Part shown: positions 54,637-62,400 of the stretch, one piece after another
Numbering within the stretch: position 1 is the stretch's first letter
How the letters are laid out: every line of letters starts with the position of its first letter
Assembly: GCA_026414545.1 (NCBI GenBank)
Contig: JAOAIU010000005.1
Coordinates: 7,657-71,656, forward strand
Reading direction: 5' to 3'
Length of the DNA stretch: 64,000 bases
Origin: Candidatus Saccharicenans sp.
GTDB taxonomy: Bacteria; Acidobacteriota; Aminicenantia; Aminicenantales; Saccharicenantaceae
Notes under the pieces: generated by a model
Told to the model about the DNA's origin: nothing
The model's input: only the letters and a program-made list of their open reading frames with translations
Databases searched by the model: none
Made by a program: the position numbers and the translations under genes

Positions 54637-55734
54637 ATGAAGTTCTCAGCCACTAAAAACAATATTATTAACGAATTAGGGTTATTGCAGGGTATTGTGG
54701 AAAAAAGAACGACTATGCCCATTCTTTCCAATGTCTTGATTAAGGCAGGCCGGGGTCGAGTGGAATTAATGGGAACTGACCTGGAAGTTGGTCTCAAGAC
54801 AAGTTTCGAAGCTGAGGTCAGGCAGGAAGGGAAAGCTGCGGTCAATGGGCGAAAGCTTTTTGAATTCATAAAATTGCTGCCGGATGGACAGAATATCGAG
54901 TTTTCCAAAAAGGAAGAGAACCTGGTAGTCAGGTCTGGAGAAAGTGAGATCAAAGTGCTGACGGCACCTGAAGAAGATTTTCCGGCCATACAGGATTCTG
55001 GCTTTGAAAGGTCCATAACCTGGGCAGTTTCCGATTTCAAAGAAATGATAGACTGTGTGCTGTATGCCATTACCCAGGAACAGCGCTACTACCTGAATGG
55101 GGCTCTGCTGTCTATTAAGAACAACCAGCTGGAACTGGTAAGTACCGACGGCCATCGCCTCTCCTATACTAGAAGGGAATTTGAGGATTTAAGAGTGGAG
55201 AAGGAAGTTAATCAGATTATCTCCAAAAAGACGCTGAATGAATTGAAAAAATTCGATGACGAGCGGGTGGAGTTTGACTTTGACGATAACAGTCTCTTTT
55301 TCCGGGTCGGAAATAGAATGCTGATCAGCCGGATCATAGAAAGTAAATTCCCCAATTATCAGGCGGTTATGCCCAAGGATAACCCGAACATTCTGAACAT
55401 AGAAAAAGAGGCCCTGATTACGGCCATAAAGCGAGTTTCCATCCTGTCCTCAGAAAAGTCGAAGGGCGTAAAATTTGACCTAAAGGCCGGAGAGTTGAAG
55501 TTGTTTTCTTCCAACCCGGAGTACGGAGAGGCTCGGGATAAACTGGCTGTGGATTACCAGGGTAAGGACCTGGAGATAGGTTTCAACTCCCAGTATCTGC
55601 TCGATTTTCTGGGGACAGTCACTTCTGACCGGGTAATTTTTGAAATCAAGGATGAGAACAGTGCTGTCCTGATAAAGCCGGAAGCCGAGCCCAAGGGAGT
55701 CTATCTTTATGTGTTGATGCCCATGAAGATATAG
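54637..55734 (+). CDS. dnaN: DNA polymerase III beta sliding clamp
   Basis: ATG 54637 with AAGGTGG RBS; the track start is GTG 54628. MKFSATKNNIINELGLLQGIVEKRTTMPILSNVLI... and a three-domain length of about 365 aa. The position after dnaA supports the call. Confidence 0.93.
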   Translation: MKFSATKNNIINELGLLQGIVEKRTTMPILSNVLIKAGRGRVELMGTDLEVGLKTSFEAEVRQEGKAAVNGRKLFEFIKLLPDGQNIEFSKKEENLVVRSGESEIKVLTAPEEDFPAIQDSGFERSITWAVSDFKEMIDCVLYAITQEQRYYLNGALLSIKNNQLELVSTDGHRLSYTRREFEDLRVEKEVNQIISKKTLNELKKFDDERVEFDFDDNSLFFRVGNRMLISRIIESKFPNYQAVMPKDNPNILNIEKEALITAIKRVSILSSEKSKGVKFDLKAGELKLFSSNPEYGEARDKLAVDYQGKDLEIGFNSQYLLDFLGTVTSDRVIFEIKDENSAVLIKPEAEPKGVYLYVLMPMKI

Positions 55735-55737
55735 CCC

Positions 55738-56241
55738 TCAGCGAGCCGAACCGGCGGCCAGGCTAGCTATGTATTCAGCCACCTGGCGACAGGCTTCCTT
55801 GACGGGCTGGGAAATCGGATGCCCGAAGTCGAGAAGGGCCGGTTGAATCCCGATGAAGTAAATGCGGCAGGCCGAGTCGGCAGTCAGTTTTTCCAGTAAC
55901 TGGTAGAATTCGCTGCTGATTTTTTTCTTTTTTCTATGCCCCGGTTCCAGCTTGGTGGCCAGGACATATCCCGGCTGATGACCGGTATCCAGGGTGTCGA
56001 CTATTATCAGGTGCGAAGGTTTGAGTCGCTTAATCCTGCGGTTGTAGGCGTTGATTAGCTCATAAACTCTCAGCACCTTGACCCGGGCCTTCTGGCGCCG
56101 GCTGAGGTGCCGCTCTAGCAGGCTGGCTACCAGCAAGCCGGCCGCGTCGTCAGCCTTGAGGGCGTTGCCCGTCCCCAGTACCAGCAGCCGGTCCACCCCC
56201 TTTAGTTCTTTCCTCAAAAACTCAACCCAGCGGTCAGGCAT
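55738..56241 (-). CDS. hycI: Hydrogenase maturation endopeptidase (HycI/HybD family)
   Basis: The start is taken at ATG 56241 (MPDRWVEF...). The family signature LVLGTGNALKADDAAG is present. It is the last gene of the hydrogenase operon. Confidence 0.8.
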   Translation of the reverse strand: MPDRWVEFLRKELKGVDRLLVLGTGNALKADDAAGLLVASLLERHLSRRQKARVKVLRVYELINAYNRRIKRLKPSHLIIVDTLDTGHQPGYVLATKLEPGHRKKKKISSEFYQLLEKLTADSACRIYFIGIQPALLDFGHPISQPVKEACRQVAEYIASLAAGSAR

Positions 56242-56323
56242 CCGCCCTTCCCCCTCCAGGCGCAGGCCAGTTCTAAATGTAATCCTGGTCGCAGAACAAA
56301 TCAAGCCTGAGGCATTCGGCGAC

Positions 56324-56722
56324 CTAAGAAGTCTTCGGCTCAGATTTTGGCTTGACTACTGCCCTGATATATTCCCATTCCATCTTCAGGTTGTGTCGAT
56401 CGTAGTCGGAGATTTCAAACCTGGTATCCATCAGCATGGCCTCGGTCGGACAGGAGTCAACGCACTGGGCGCAGTGAATGCAGCGGTCGTTGTGGATGAC
56501 CATCCTGAACCTCTTCTCGGCTTCGTTGATGGCTGTTATTTCTATGGCTTCAGCCGGGCAGTCGCGCTCGCAGGCCCGGCAGACTATGCACAGCTCGGGG
56601 CGGAGGTAGGGTGAGCCCCGGAAATCCTTGGGCACCTCCAGTTTCTGGAACGGATAATCGACGGTGGCCGGCTTCTTAAACAGGTGCCGGAGAAGTTCAG
56701 GGATAAACACGCCTATCTTCAT
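56324..56722 (-). CDS. 2x[4Fe-4S] ferredoxin-type subunit (NuoI/HycF/MbhN-like)
   Basis: Two CxxCxxCxxxCP motifs: CIVCRACERDCP and CIHCAQCVDSCP. Confidence 0.85.
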   Translation of the reverse strand: MKIGVFIPELLRHLFKKPATVDYPFQKLEVPKDFRGSPYLRPELCIVCRACERDCPAEAIEITAINEAEKRFRMVIHNDRCIHCAQCVDSCPTEAMLMDTRFEISDYDRHNLKMEWEYIRAVVKPKSEPKTS

Positions 56723-57690
56723 GAGATTAACCCCTTTACCAGGATGACGATTAAGAGCTGAAGTATGGCCAGCGGGGCCAGGTATTTCCAGGCGAAGCTG
56801 ACCACCTGGTCCACCCTGATCCTGGAAGTGGTGGCTCGGATTAAAGACAGGAAGAAGATTACCACCAGAGTCTTGATGATAAAGTTGACCAGTCCCAGCA
56901 AAGCTCCACCCGGAAAGCCTCCCAGAAAGACGGTGGCCAGCAGACCGGCGGCCACCACCATCTCGGCATCCATCATAAGGCGGAAGAGGGCCAGTTTCTT
57001 ACCCGAGTATTCGGTAAAAGTGCCGCCCACGATCTCGGTCTCGGCGTGGGGGATATCGAATGGCGTCCTTTCCAGTTTGGCCTGGACACAGATCAGGGCG
57101 ATGACAAACCCCAGCAGGTTGACCAGGGAGAGGGCCGGCCGCTGCCGATAGAAGGCAGCGATTTCAGCCAGGCGCCAGGAATTGGCCAGGACGGCCGGGC
57201 TCAGCACGGCCAGGAAGAGAGGAACTTCATAGCCGAATAACATGGTCAGGACCCGGGCTCCACCGATGGTGGAAAACAGGTTGGTGGAAGACCAGCCGGC
57301 CAGGAAGAAAATGAAGGTCGGCAGGCTCAAGAGATAGAGAAGGACGATGAGGTCGCCGTTAAACGAAATGACCGACGGCCGGTCCAGACTGTAGTTCCAG
57401 ACTGGCAGCAGCAGCATGGCCGTGAAGACAATGGCTAATCCCACTGCCGGAAGAGCGGAGAACATTTTCCGGTCAGCCCGGTCGGGCACGATGTCCTCTT
57501 TAGACATCAGCTTGAAGAAATCGGCGATCGGTTGCAGCAGTCCGAAGCGGCCCGTATGGCGAGGGCCCATGCGGTTCTGCAGCCTGGCGTAGAGCTTGCG
57601 GTCGTACCACTCGACGAAGGTGGAGTAAAGGAACAAGAAGAGAAGACCGGGATAGATGACGAGATAGATCAGAGTCTTCACAGTGGCCAT
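56719..57690 (-). CDS. NuoH/HycD/MbhM-like membrane subunit
   Basis: 323 aa polytopic protein with the NuoH-type blocks ERKLYARLQNRMGPRHTG and DIPHAETEIVGGTFTEYSG. Confidence 0.88.
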   Translation of the reverse strand: MATVKTLIYLVIYPGLLFLFLYSTFVEWYDRKLYARLQNRMGPRHTGRFGLLQPIADFFKLMSKEDIVPDRADRKMFSALPAVGLAIVFTAMLLLPVWNYSLDRPSVISFNGDLIVLLYLLSLPTFIFFLAGWSSTNLFSTIGGARVLTMLFGYEVPLFLAVLSPAVLANSWRLAEIAAFYRQRPALSLVNLLGFVIALICVQAKLERTPFDIPHAETEIVGGTFTEYSGKKLALFRLMMDAEMVVAAGLLATVFLGGFPGGALLGLVNFIIKTLVVIFFLSLIRATTSRIRVDQVVSFAWKYLAPLAILQLLIVILVKGLIS

Positions 57691-58880
57691 TCTGCTTCCC
57701 TCTTTCTTATGTTGCCAGCCGAAAGTCGGCGGCTGAGTCTTTTTAAGTCGTTCATGACAATGATTTTTTCCTGCCCGGTCCGGGCATCGACCAGCGATAC
57801 CGCTCGCTCGGCGCAGCAGATGCAGGGGTCGATGGCGGCGAAGATCAGCGGCACGTCGGCGATAAAGCCGTTCTTGAGCATCTTGATGGTAGCGGCATAG
57901 TTGCCCAGGGTGGGAGCCCGGACTTTAAGCCGCTCCGGTTTATCGGTGCCGTTGCTTTTTATGTAATGTATGTTCTCGCCCCGGGGGGCCTCGTAGCGGC
58001 TGACCACCTCGTTGGGCTTGGCCCGACGCGGAGCTCGAACGGCTACCGGCCCTGACGGCAGGTTTTTCAGAAGGTATTCGATAATGTTATAGCACTGGAA
58101 CAGCTCTTTGATTCTGACCACGGTTCGGCCCAGGACATCGCCGGTCTCGGCCGTACAGACTTCGAAGGGTACTTCATCGTATACGGCGTAGGGGTCATCC
58201 TTGCGCACATCCATCGGCACCCCGGAAGCCCTAAGGGTGGGCCCCACGGCGCACAGGGCGATGGCGTCTTCGCGGGATAGATAGCCGACCCCGGCCAGCC
58301 TGGCCACGAAGCTGGGTTCGTTGGTTCCCAGGTGTTTGTAATATTCGCTGCGCTGGCGCAGGACGGAAAGCGAGTCCAGAATGTGTTTTATCTGCTGTTC
58401 ATCCAGGTCGCGTCGGACGCCGCCTATGGTGTTGATACCATAGTGCACCCGGTTTCCGGTGATGATTTCCAGGATGTCCATGACGATTTCCCGGTCGCGC
58501 CAGGTGTACATGAAGAAGCTGTCGAAACCGGCCTCGTGACCGGCCACCCCTAACCAGAGCAGGTGGCTGTGCACCCTTTCCAGTTCGGCCACCAGTGTCC
58601 GGATATACAGACCGCGCTTGGGTGGCTCAAGTTCCATCAATTTCTCCACCCCCTGCACGTAACAGGTGGTGTGGGAGTGAGAACAGATACCGCAGATGCG
58701 TTCGGTCAGGTAAATGTTCTGAATCCAGGTCTTCTGTTCGGCCAGCTTTTCCAGGCCGCGGTGATTGTAGCCGAGACGGATATCGGCGTCGCGGATAATC
58801 TCTCCTTCCACGGTCATCCGCAGGCTGATGGGCTCCTTCAGAGCCGGATGCTGTGGTCCTATGGGTATCTGAAACTTCAT
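57678..58880 (-). CDS. Group 4 [NiFe]-hydrogenase large subunit (HycE/MbhL/EchE-like)
   Basis: Both Ni-Fe ligand motifs are intact: N-terminal RICGICSHSH and C-terminal DPCICCAER. A 41-aa tail after the motif resembles the cleaved HycE C-terminal peptide. Confidence 0.9.
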   Translation of the reverse strand: MKFQIPIGPQHPALKEPISLRMTVEGEIIRDADIRLGYNHRGLEKLAEQKTWIQNIYLTERICGICSHSHTTCYVQGVEKLMELEPPKRGLYIRTLVAELERVHSHLLWLGVAGHEAGFDSFFMYTWRDREIVMDILEIITGNRVHYGINTIGGVRRDLDEQQIKHILDSLSVLRQRSEYYKHLGTNEPSFVARLAGVGYLSREDAIALCAVGPTLRASGVPMDVRKDDPYAVYDEVPFEVCTAETGDVLGRTVVRIKELFQCYNIIEYLLKNLPSGPVAVRAPRRAKPNEVVSRYEAPRGENIHYIKSNGTDKPERLKVRAPTLGNYAATIKMLKNGFIADVPLIFAAIDPCICCAERAVSLVDARTGQEKIIVMNDLKRLSRRLSAGNIRKREAEWPL

Positions 58881-59350
58881 CTCTTACCTCCAGGAATGAC
58901 TTCCGGCGGTCTTTCGTACTTCCAGTCCTTGCGCAGTGGATAGTTGCCGGCCGGCCAGTCGTCGGGCAGCACCAGGGGGCGGCCGTCAGGAATATTCTGG
59001 ACGACAATCCCGAACATGTCCTGCAGCTCTCGTTCGTACAGGACGGCCCCGGGAATGAGCTGGCAGATACTGGGAAGAAGGGGGTTGTCCCGCGGGATTT
59101 CCGTTCGCAGGTTAACGCAGGTAAAGCTGTTGGCGAAGTGGTAAATGAGTTCGAAGGCCTGTCCCAGGTCCACCCCGGTGATGGTGGCCAGGTGGGTAAA
59201 GCCCATTTCGTTTTTGAGCCAGTTCACGGCGGCCAGCAGGTCGTCCACCTTGAGCTTTATAAAAATGCGGCGGGGGGCCGGGTTGGTAATGTCCAGCACC
59301 TTGTCACCCAAACTGGCTTTGGCTTTATCGATTAATGTCTGGTCGTTCAT
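58877..59350 (-). CDS. NuoC/MbhK-like subunit
   Basis: 157 aa with the NuoC-type block YERELQDMFGI and a Pro/Asp-rich C-terminal region. It lies between the small and large subunits. Confidence 0.85.
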   Translation of the reverse strand: MNDQTLIDKAKASLGDKVLDITNPAPRRIFIKLKVDDLLAAVNWLKNEMGFTHLATITGVDLGQAFELIYHFANSFTCVNLRTEIPRDNPLLPSICQLIPGAVLYERELQDMFGIVVQNIPDGRPLVLPDDWPAGNYPLRKDWKYERPPEVIPGGKR

Positions 59351-59357
59351 CTTGACC

Positions 59358-59783
59358 TCATCCCTTCAGCTTGTTAAGCAGTTTGACCACCCCGTCGATA
59401 ACCGCATCGGGGCGCACCGGGCAGCCGGGGACGTAGACATCCACGGGAATGACCTGGTCAATCCCGCCAATAACATTGTAAGCTCCGCGGTAAACGCAGC
59501 CGGACATGGCGCAGGCCCCAACGGCGATGACGAACTTGGGGTCCGGGGTTTGTTCATAAATTCTGATTAGCCGGTCTTTCATCTGGCGGGTAGCCGGGCC
59601 GGTGCAGACTATAACGTCGGCATGCCGGGGCGTAGCTTTTAGCAGGATTCCGAACCGTTCCACGTCGAACCTGGGAGTCAGGGCCGCCACCACTTCGATA
59701 TCGCAGGCATTGCAGGCACCGGTGTTTAAGTGCAGTATCCAGGGCGATTTCAACCGGGACCATTGAGTCAGTTTGGTCAGCAT
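59358..59783 (-). CDS. Group 4 hydrogenase small subunit (NuoB/HycG/MbhJ-like)
   Basis: 141 aa with four Cys for the proximal cluster: GACNACDIE, GACAMSG and VPGCPVRP. Confidence 0.88.
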   Translation of the reverse strand: MLTKLTQWSRLKSPWILHLNTGACNACDIEVVAALTPRFDVERFGILLKATPRHADVIVCTGPATRQMKDRLIRIYEQTPDPKFVIAVGACAMSGCVYRGAYNVIGGIDQVIPVDVYVPGCPVRPDAVIDGVVKLLNKLKG

Positions 59784-59784
59784 G

Positions 59785-60117
59785 TTAATCCCTCGTAATC
59801 AGGGCCAGGATGGCCAGGAAAATCAGGAGCAGATATATTATACCCAAATATACTATTTTTCCGATCGGAATAGTCGCCATGACCAGGGCGGCCACATGCA
59901 TGATGGTGAAAAACAGGGCGAAAACGTAGAACAGCCGATAGCCGAACTGAACCTTGACTCCCGGGATATCCTCGCCGCAGGCATAGGTGGTGAGCTTGCC
60001 CGGGGTGCGGTTCAGTCCGGGGGCCATGGCCCGGCCCAGGGCATAGAGCAGTCCGGCTACGGCCAGGAAGAAAAAGAAAGCCACCGGGGGAGACAGTAAA
60101 AATTGCAGTCCATTCAT
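59785..60117 (-). CDS. Small membrane subunit, NuoA/MbhI-like
   Basis: 110 aa with 3 TM helices. TYACGED sits at the position of the NuoA YECG motif. Confidence 0.55.
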   Translation of the reverse strand: MNGLQFLLSPPVAFFFFLAVAGLLYALGRAMAPGLNRTPGKLTTYACGEDIPGVKVQFGYRLFYVFALFFTIMHVAALVMATIPIGKIVYLGIIYLLLIFLAILALITRD

Positions 60118-60120
60118 GGC

Positions 60121-60429
60121 TTATCCCTTCAATTTCGAAAGTAGGCGGACATCCAGGCTCTTGTTCTTCTTATAGATGTTGATGATCAGAGCCAGGGCCG
60201 TGGCCACCAGGGCCACCTCCACCACGATGTAGGTTATGGCCAGGCTCTGGGCCAGCAGTATGTTATTTTTGACTGCGCCCGTGGCCACGATGGCCAGGCT
60301 GACGCCCTTACTGATGATTTCTACGGCGATGAACAGCTTGATCAGGTTGCGCATGGTGAGCAGGCAGTAGAGGCCGGTAAAGATCAGCAGGGCGGCAAAG
60401 AAAATGTACAGAAACCACAGGTTACTCAT
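60121..60429 (-). CDS. MnhC/NuoK/MbhG-like membrane subunit
   Basis: The start is taken at ATG 60429 (MSNLWFLYIFF...). 102 aa with 3 TM helices, the LTMRNLIKLFIAVEIISKGVSL block and a conserved membrane Glu. Confidence 0.75.
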   Translation of the reverse strand: MSNLWFLYIFFAALLIFTGLYCLLTMRNLIKLFIAVEIISKGVSLAIVATGAVKNNILLAQSLAITYIVVEVALVATALALIINIYKKNKSLDVRLLSKLKG

Positions 60430-60910
60430 CTTTGTCCTCTTCCTTTTTCCGGAATAGGGCCAGCACGGCCAGCACCCCGGCCAGGATAACCCCGACCTGA
60501 GCCACCAGGTCAAAGGTTCTCTGTTTCCAGAGGACCTCGCCGAAGGTTCCGGATTCCGGTCCGGAGGGCAGGGCCGGGATCTTTTGCAACAGGGATTTCA
60601 TCACCAGCCCGTCGATGACCAGGAACAGAATCAAAAAGACCGGGAAGGCCAGTTTGACCAGCCGGGCCTCGGTTATCTCGTCTCCTTTCTTGGTCAGGGC
60701 GATGGTCAGGATGAACAGAACGGTAATCAGGCCAGCCACTACCGAGATTTCGAAGACGGCAGCATAGGGAGCCGCCAGCCGGAAGAAAATGATGCCCAGG
60801 AGTAGGCTGGCCACGGCCAGCGACAGGGCGGCTTTAATCAGATCCCTGAGCAGAATGGCCAGCGCCGAGAAGATAACCAGGCCGCAGAGCAGAATTATTT
60901 GTATTGCCAT
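60422..60910 (-). CDS. MnhB/MbhD-E-like membrane subunit
   Basis: 162 aa with 4-5 TM helices. Its position between the MnhD-like and MnhC-like genes matches Mrp/Mbh operons. Confidence 0.6.
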   Translation of the reverse strand: MAIQIILLCGLVIFSALAILLRDLIKAALSLAVASLLLGIIFFRLAAPYAAVFEISVVAGLITVLFILTIALTKKGDEITEARLVKLAFPVFLILFLVIDGLVMKSLLQKIPALPSGPESGTFGEVLWKQRTFDLVAQVGVILAGVLAVLALFRKKEEDKDE

Positions 60911-60911
60911 A

Positions 60912-62390
60912 TTACAATCCCCACATCAGAACCTGCTGGATTCCTCGAGCCAGGGCTTCAGCTGCCGGAGAAATCCAGGTCTTGAAAATTGGAGTGAAGA
61001 AAATACCGGCCAGGATGCAGACCAGGGCCAACACCACGTTGGCCGCCGACATCCAGAAAGGAGCTTCCTTGACCTGCCGCCACTTTTCCGCCACCAGGCC
61101 GAAAAAGGCCTTTCTCTGGATGAGCAGGTAGTACCAGAGTGTCAGGATACTGGCCAGGATGGCCACCAGAGCGTAGCCGAATTCCCTGGCCTGAATCAGG
61201 GCCATGATGATGACCAGCTTGCTCCAGAACCCAGCCAGCGGCGGTACGCCGGCGATGGACAGGGCCCCCACCAGGTTGGTGCCAGCGGTGACCGGGACCA
61301 CCTTACCCAGGCCACCCAGTTCGTCCAGGTTCCTGGTTCCGGTGATATGCTGAATGGAGCCGGAATTCAAGAACAGCAGCCCCTTGGCTACGGCGTGGTT
61401 GAACAGGTGGAACAGGGCTCCAGCAATGCCCAGGGGGGTGCCCAGGGCCAGACCAAGCACGATGTAGCCGACCTGGCTGATGGAAGAGTAGGCCAGCATT
61501 CTTTTGACGTCCTTCTGTCCGAGGGCCAGCAGGGCGGCCACCACCATGGAGATAGTCCCCAGGGCCATCAATACCTGTGACAGCACCGGGGTGAGGCCGA
61601 TGACGCTGTAGATAATTCTGAACAGGGCATAGATACCGGATACCTTGATCAGCAGACCTGACAGCATGGCTGAAATAGGCGCCGGGGCTGAAGGGTGAGC
61701 GTCTGGCAACCAGGCATGGAAGGGAACCAGGGCAGCTTTAAGTCCGAAGCCCATGATGAAGAAGGCCACACAAACGCCCAGGACCAGCCTGGCTTCCAGG
61801 TCCTGGAGGCCCTGGGCCACGGCCTGGAAATTGAGGCTGCCCGTCATCCCGAAGATGACCGTGATGCTGAGCAGGGCGAAAGCCGAGGCTACTACCGACA
61901 GCATCAGATACTTAAAGGAAGCTTCCAGCTCATCGTAGCCCAGACCGAAGGCTACCAGGGCGTAGGAAGCCACGGCCGCCACTTCCAGGAACAGGTAAAC
62001 TGAAAACAGGTCCGGCACCAGCACCAGGCCGTTCATGCCGGCGATCATCACCAGGAACAGGGCGTAAAAGGTCGACTTGTGCCCGTAATGCTCCAGGTAG
62101 TCGATGGAAAAGAGCGCGATGCACAGGCTGACCAGGGAAATGGTGAACAGCATGAACAGGTTGAAACCGTCCAGGGCCACTTGCAGGTTAACTTTTTCCC
62201 CCAGCCAGTTCAGGTTCTGGACGATAACACCATGATTGAAGATGGGCTTGATGAGCAGGATGGAGTTGAACAACAGGAAAGCCAGAGCGGCGTTGGTCAG
62301 CACGTCAGGCAGCAGTTTTCTGGAAAACTTTCCTACCAGAGGCAGAAAGGCAGCTACCAGTAATGGAATGACAATGAATGAAAAAACCAC
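60912..62390 (-). CDS. Antiporter-like subunit, MnhD/NuoM-N/MbhH family
   Basis: 492 aa with about 14 TM helices. Proton-pump family blocks PFHAWLPDAHPSAPAPISAMLSGLLIK and LAYSSISQVGYIVLG. Confidence 0.88.
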   Translation of the reverse strand: MVFSFIVIPLLVAAFLPLVGKFSRKLLPDVLTNAALAFLLFNSILLIKPIFNHGVIVQNLNWLGEKVNLQVALDGFNLFMLFTISLVSLCIALFSIDYLEHYGHKSTFYALFLVMIAGMNGLVLVPDLFSVYLFLEVAAVASYALVAFGLGYDELEASFKYLMLSVVASAFALLSITVIFGMTGSLNFQAVAQGLQDLEARLVLGVCVAFFIMGFGLKAALVPFHAWLPDAHPSAPAPISAMLSGLLIKVSGIYALFRIIYSVIGLTPVLSQVLMALGTISMVVAALLALGQKDVKRMLAYSSISQVGYIVLGLALGTPLGIAGALFHLFNHAVAKGLLFLNSGSIQHITGTRNLDELGGLGKVVPVTAGTNLVGALSIAGVPPLAGFWSKLVIIMALIQAREFGYALVAILASILTLWYYLLIQRKAFFGLVAEKWRQVKEAPFWMSAANVVLALVCILAGIFFTPIFKTWISPAAEALARGIQQVLMWGL

Positions 62391-62400
62391 CGCTCCTCCT

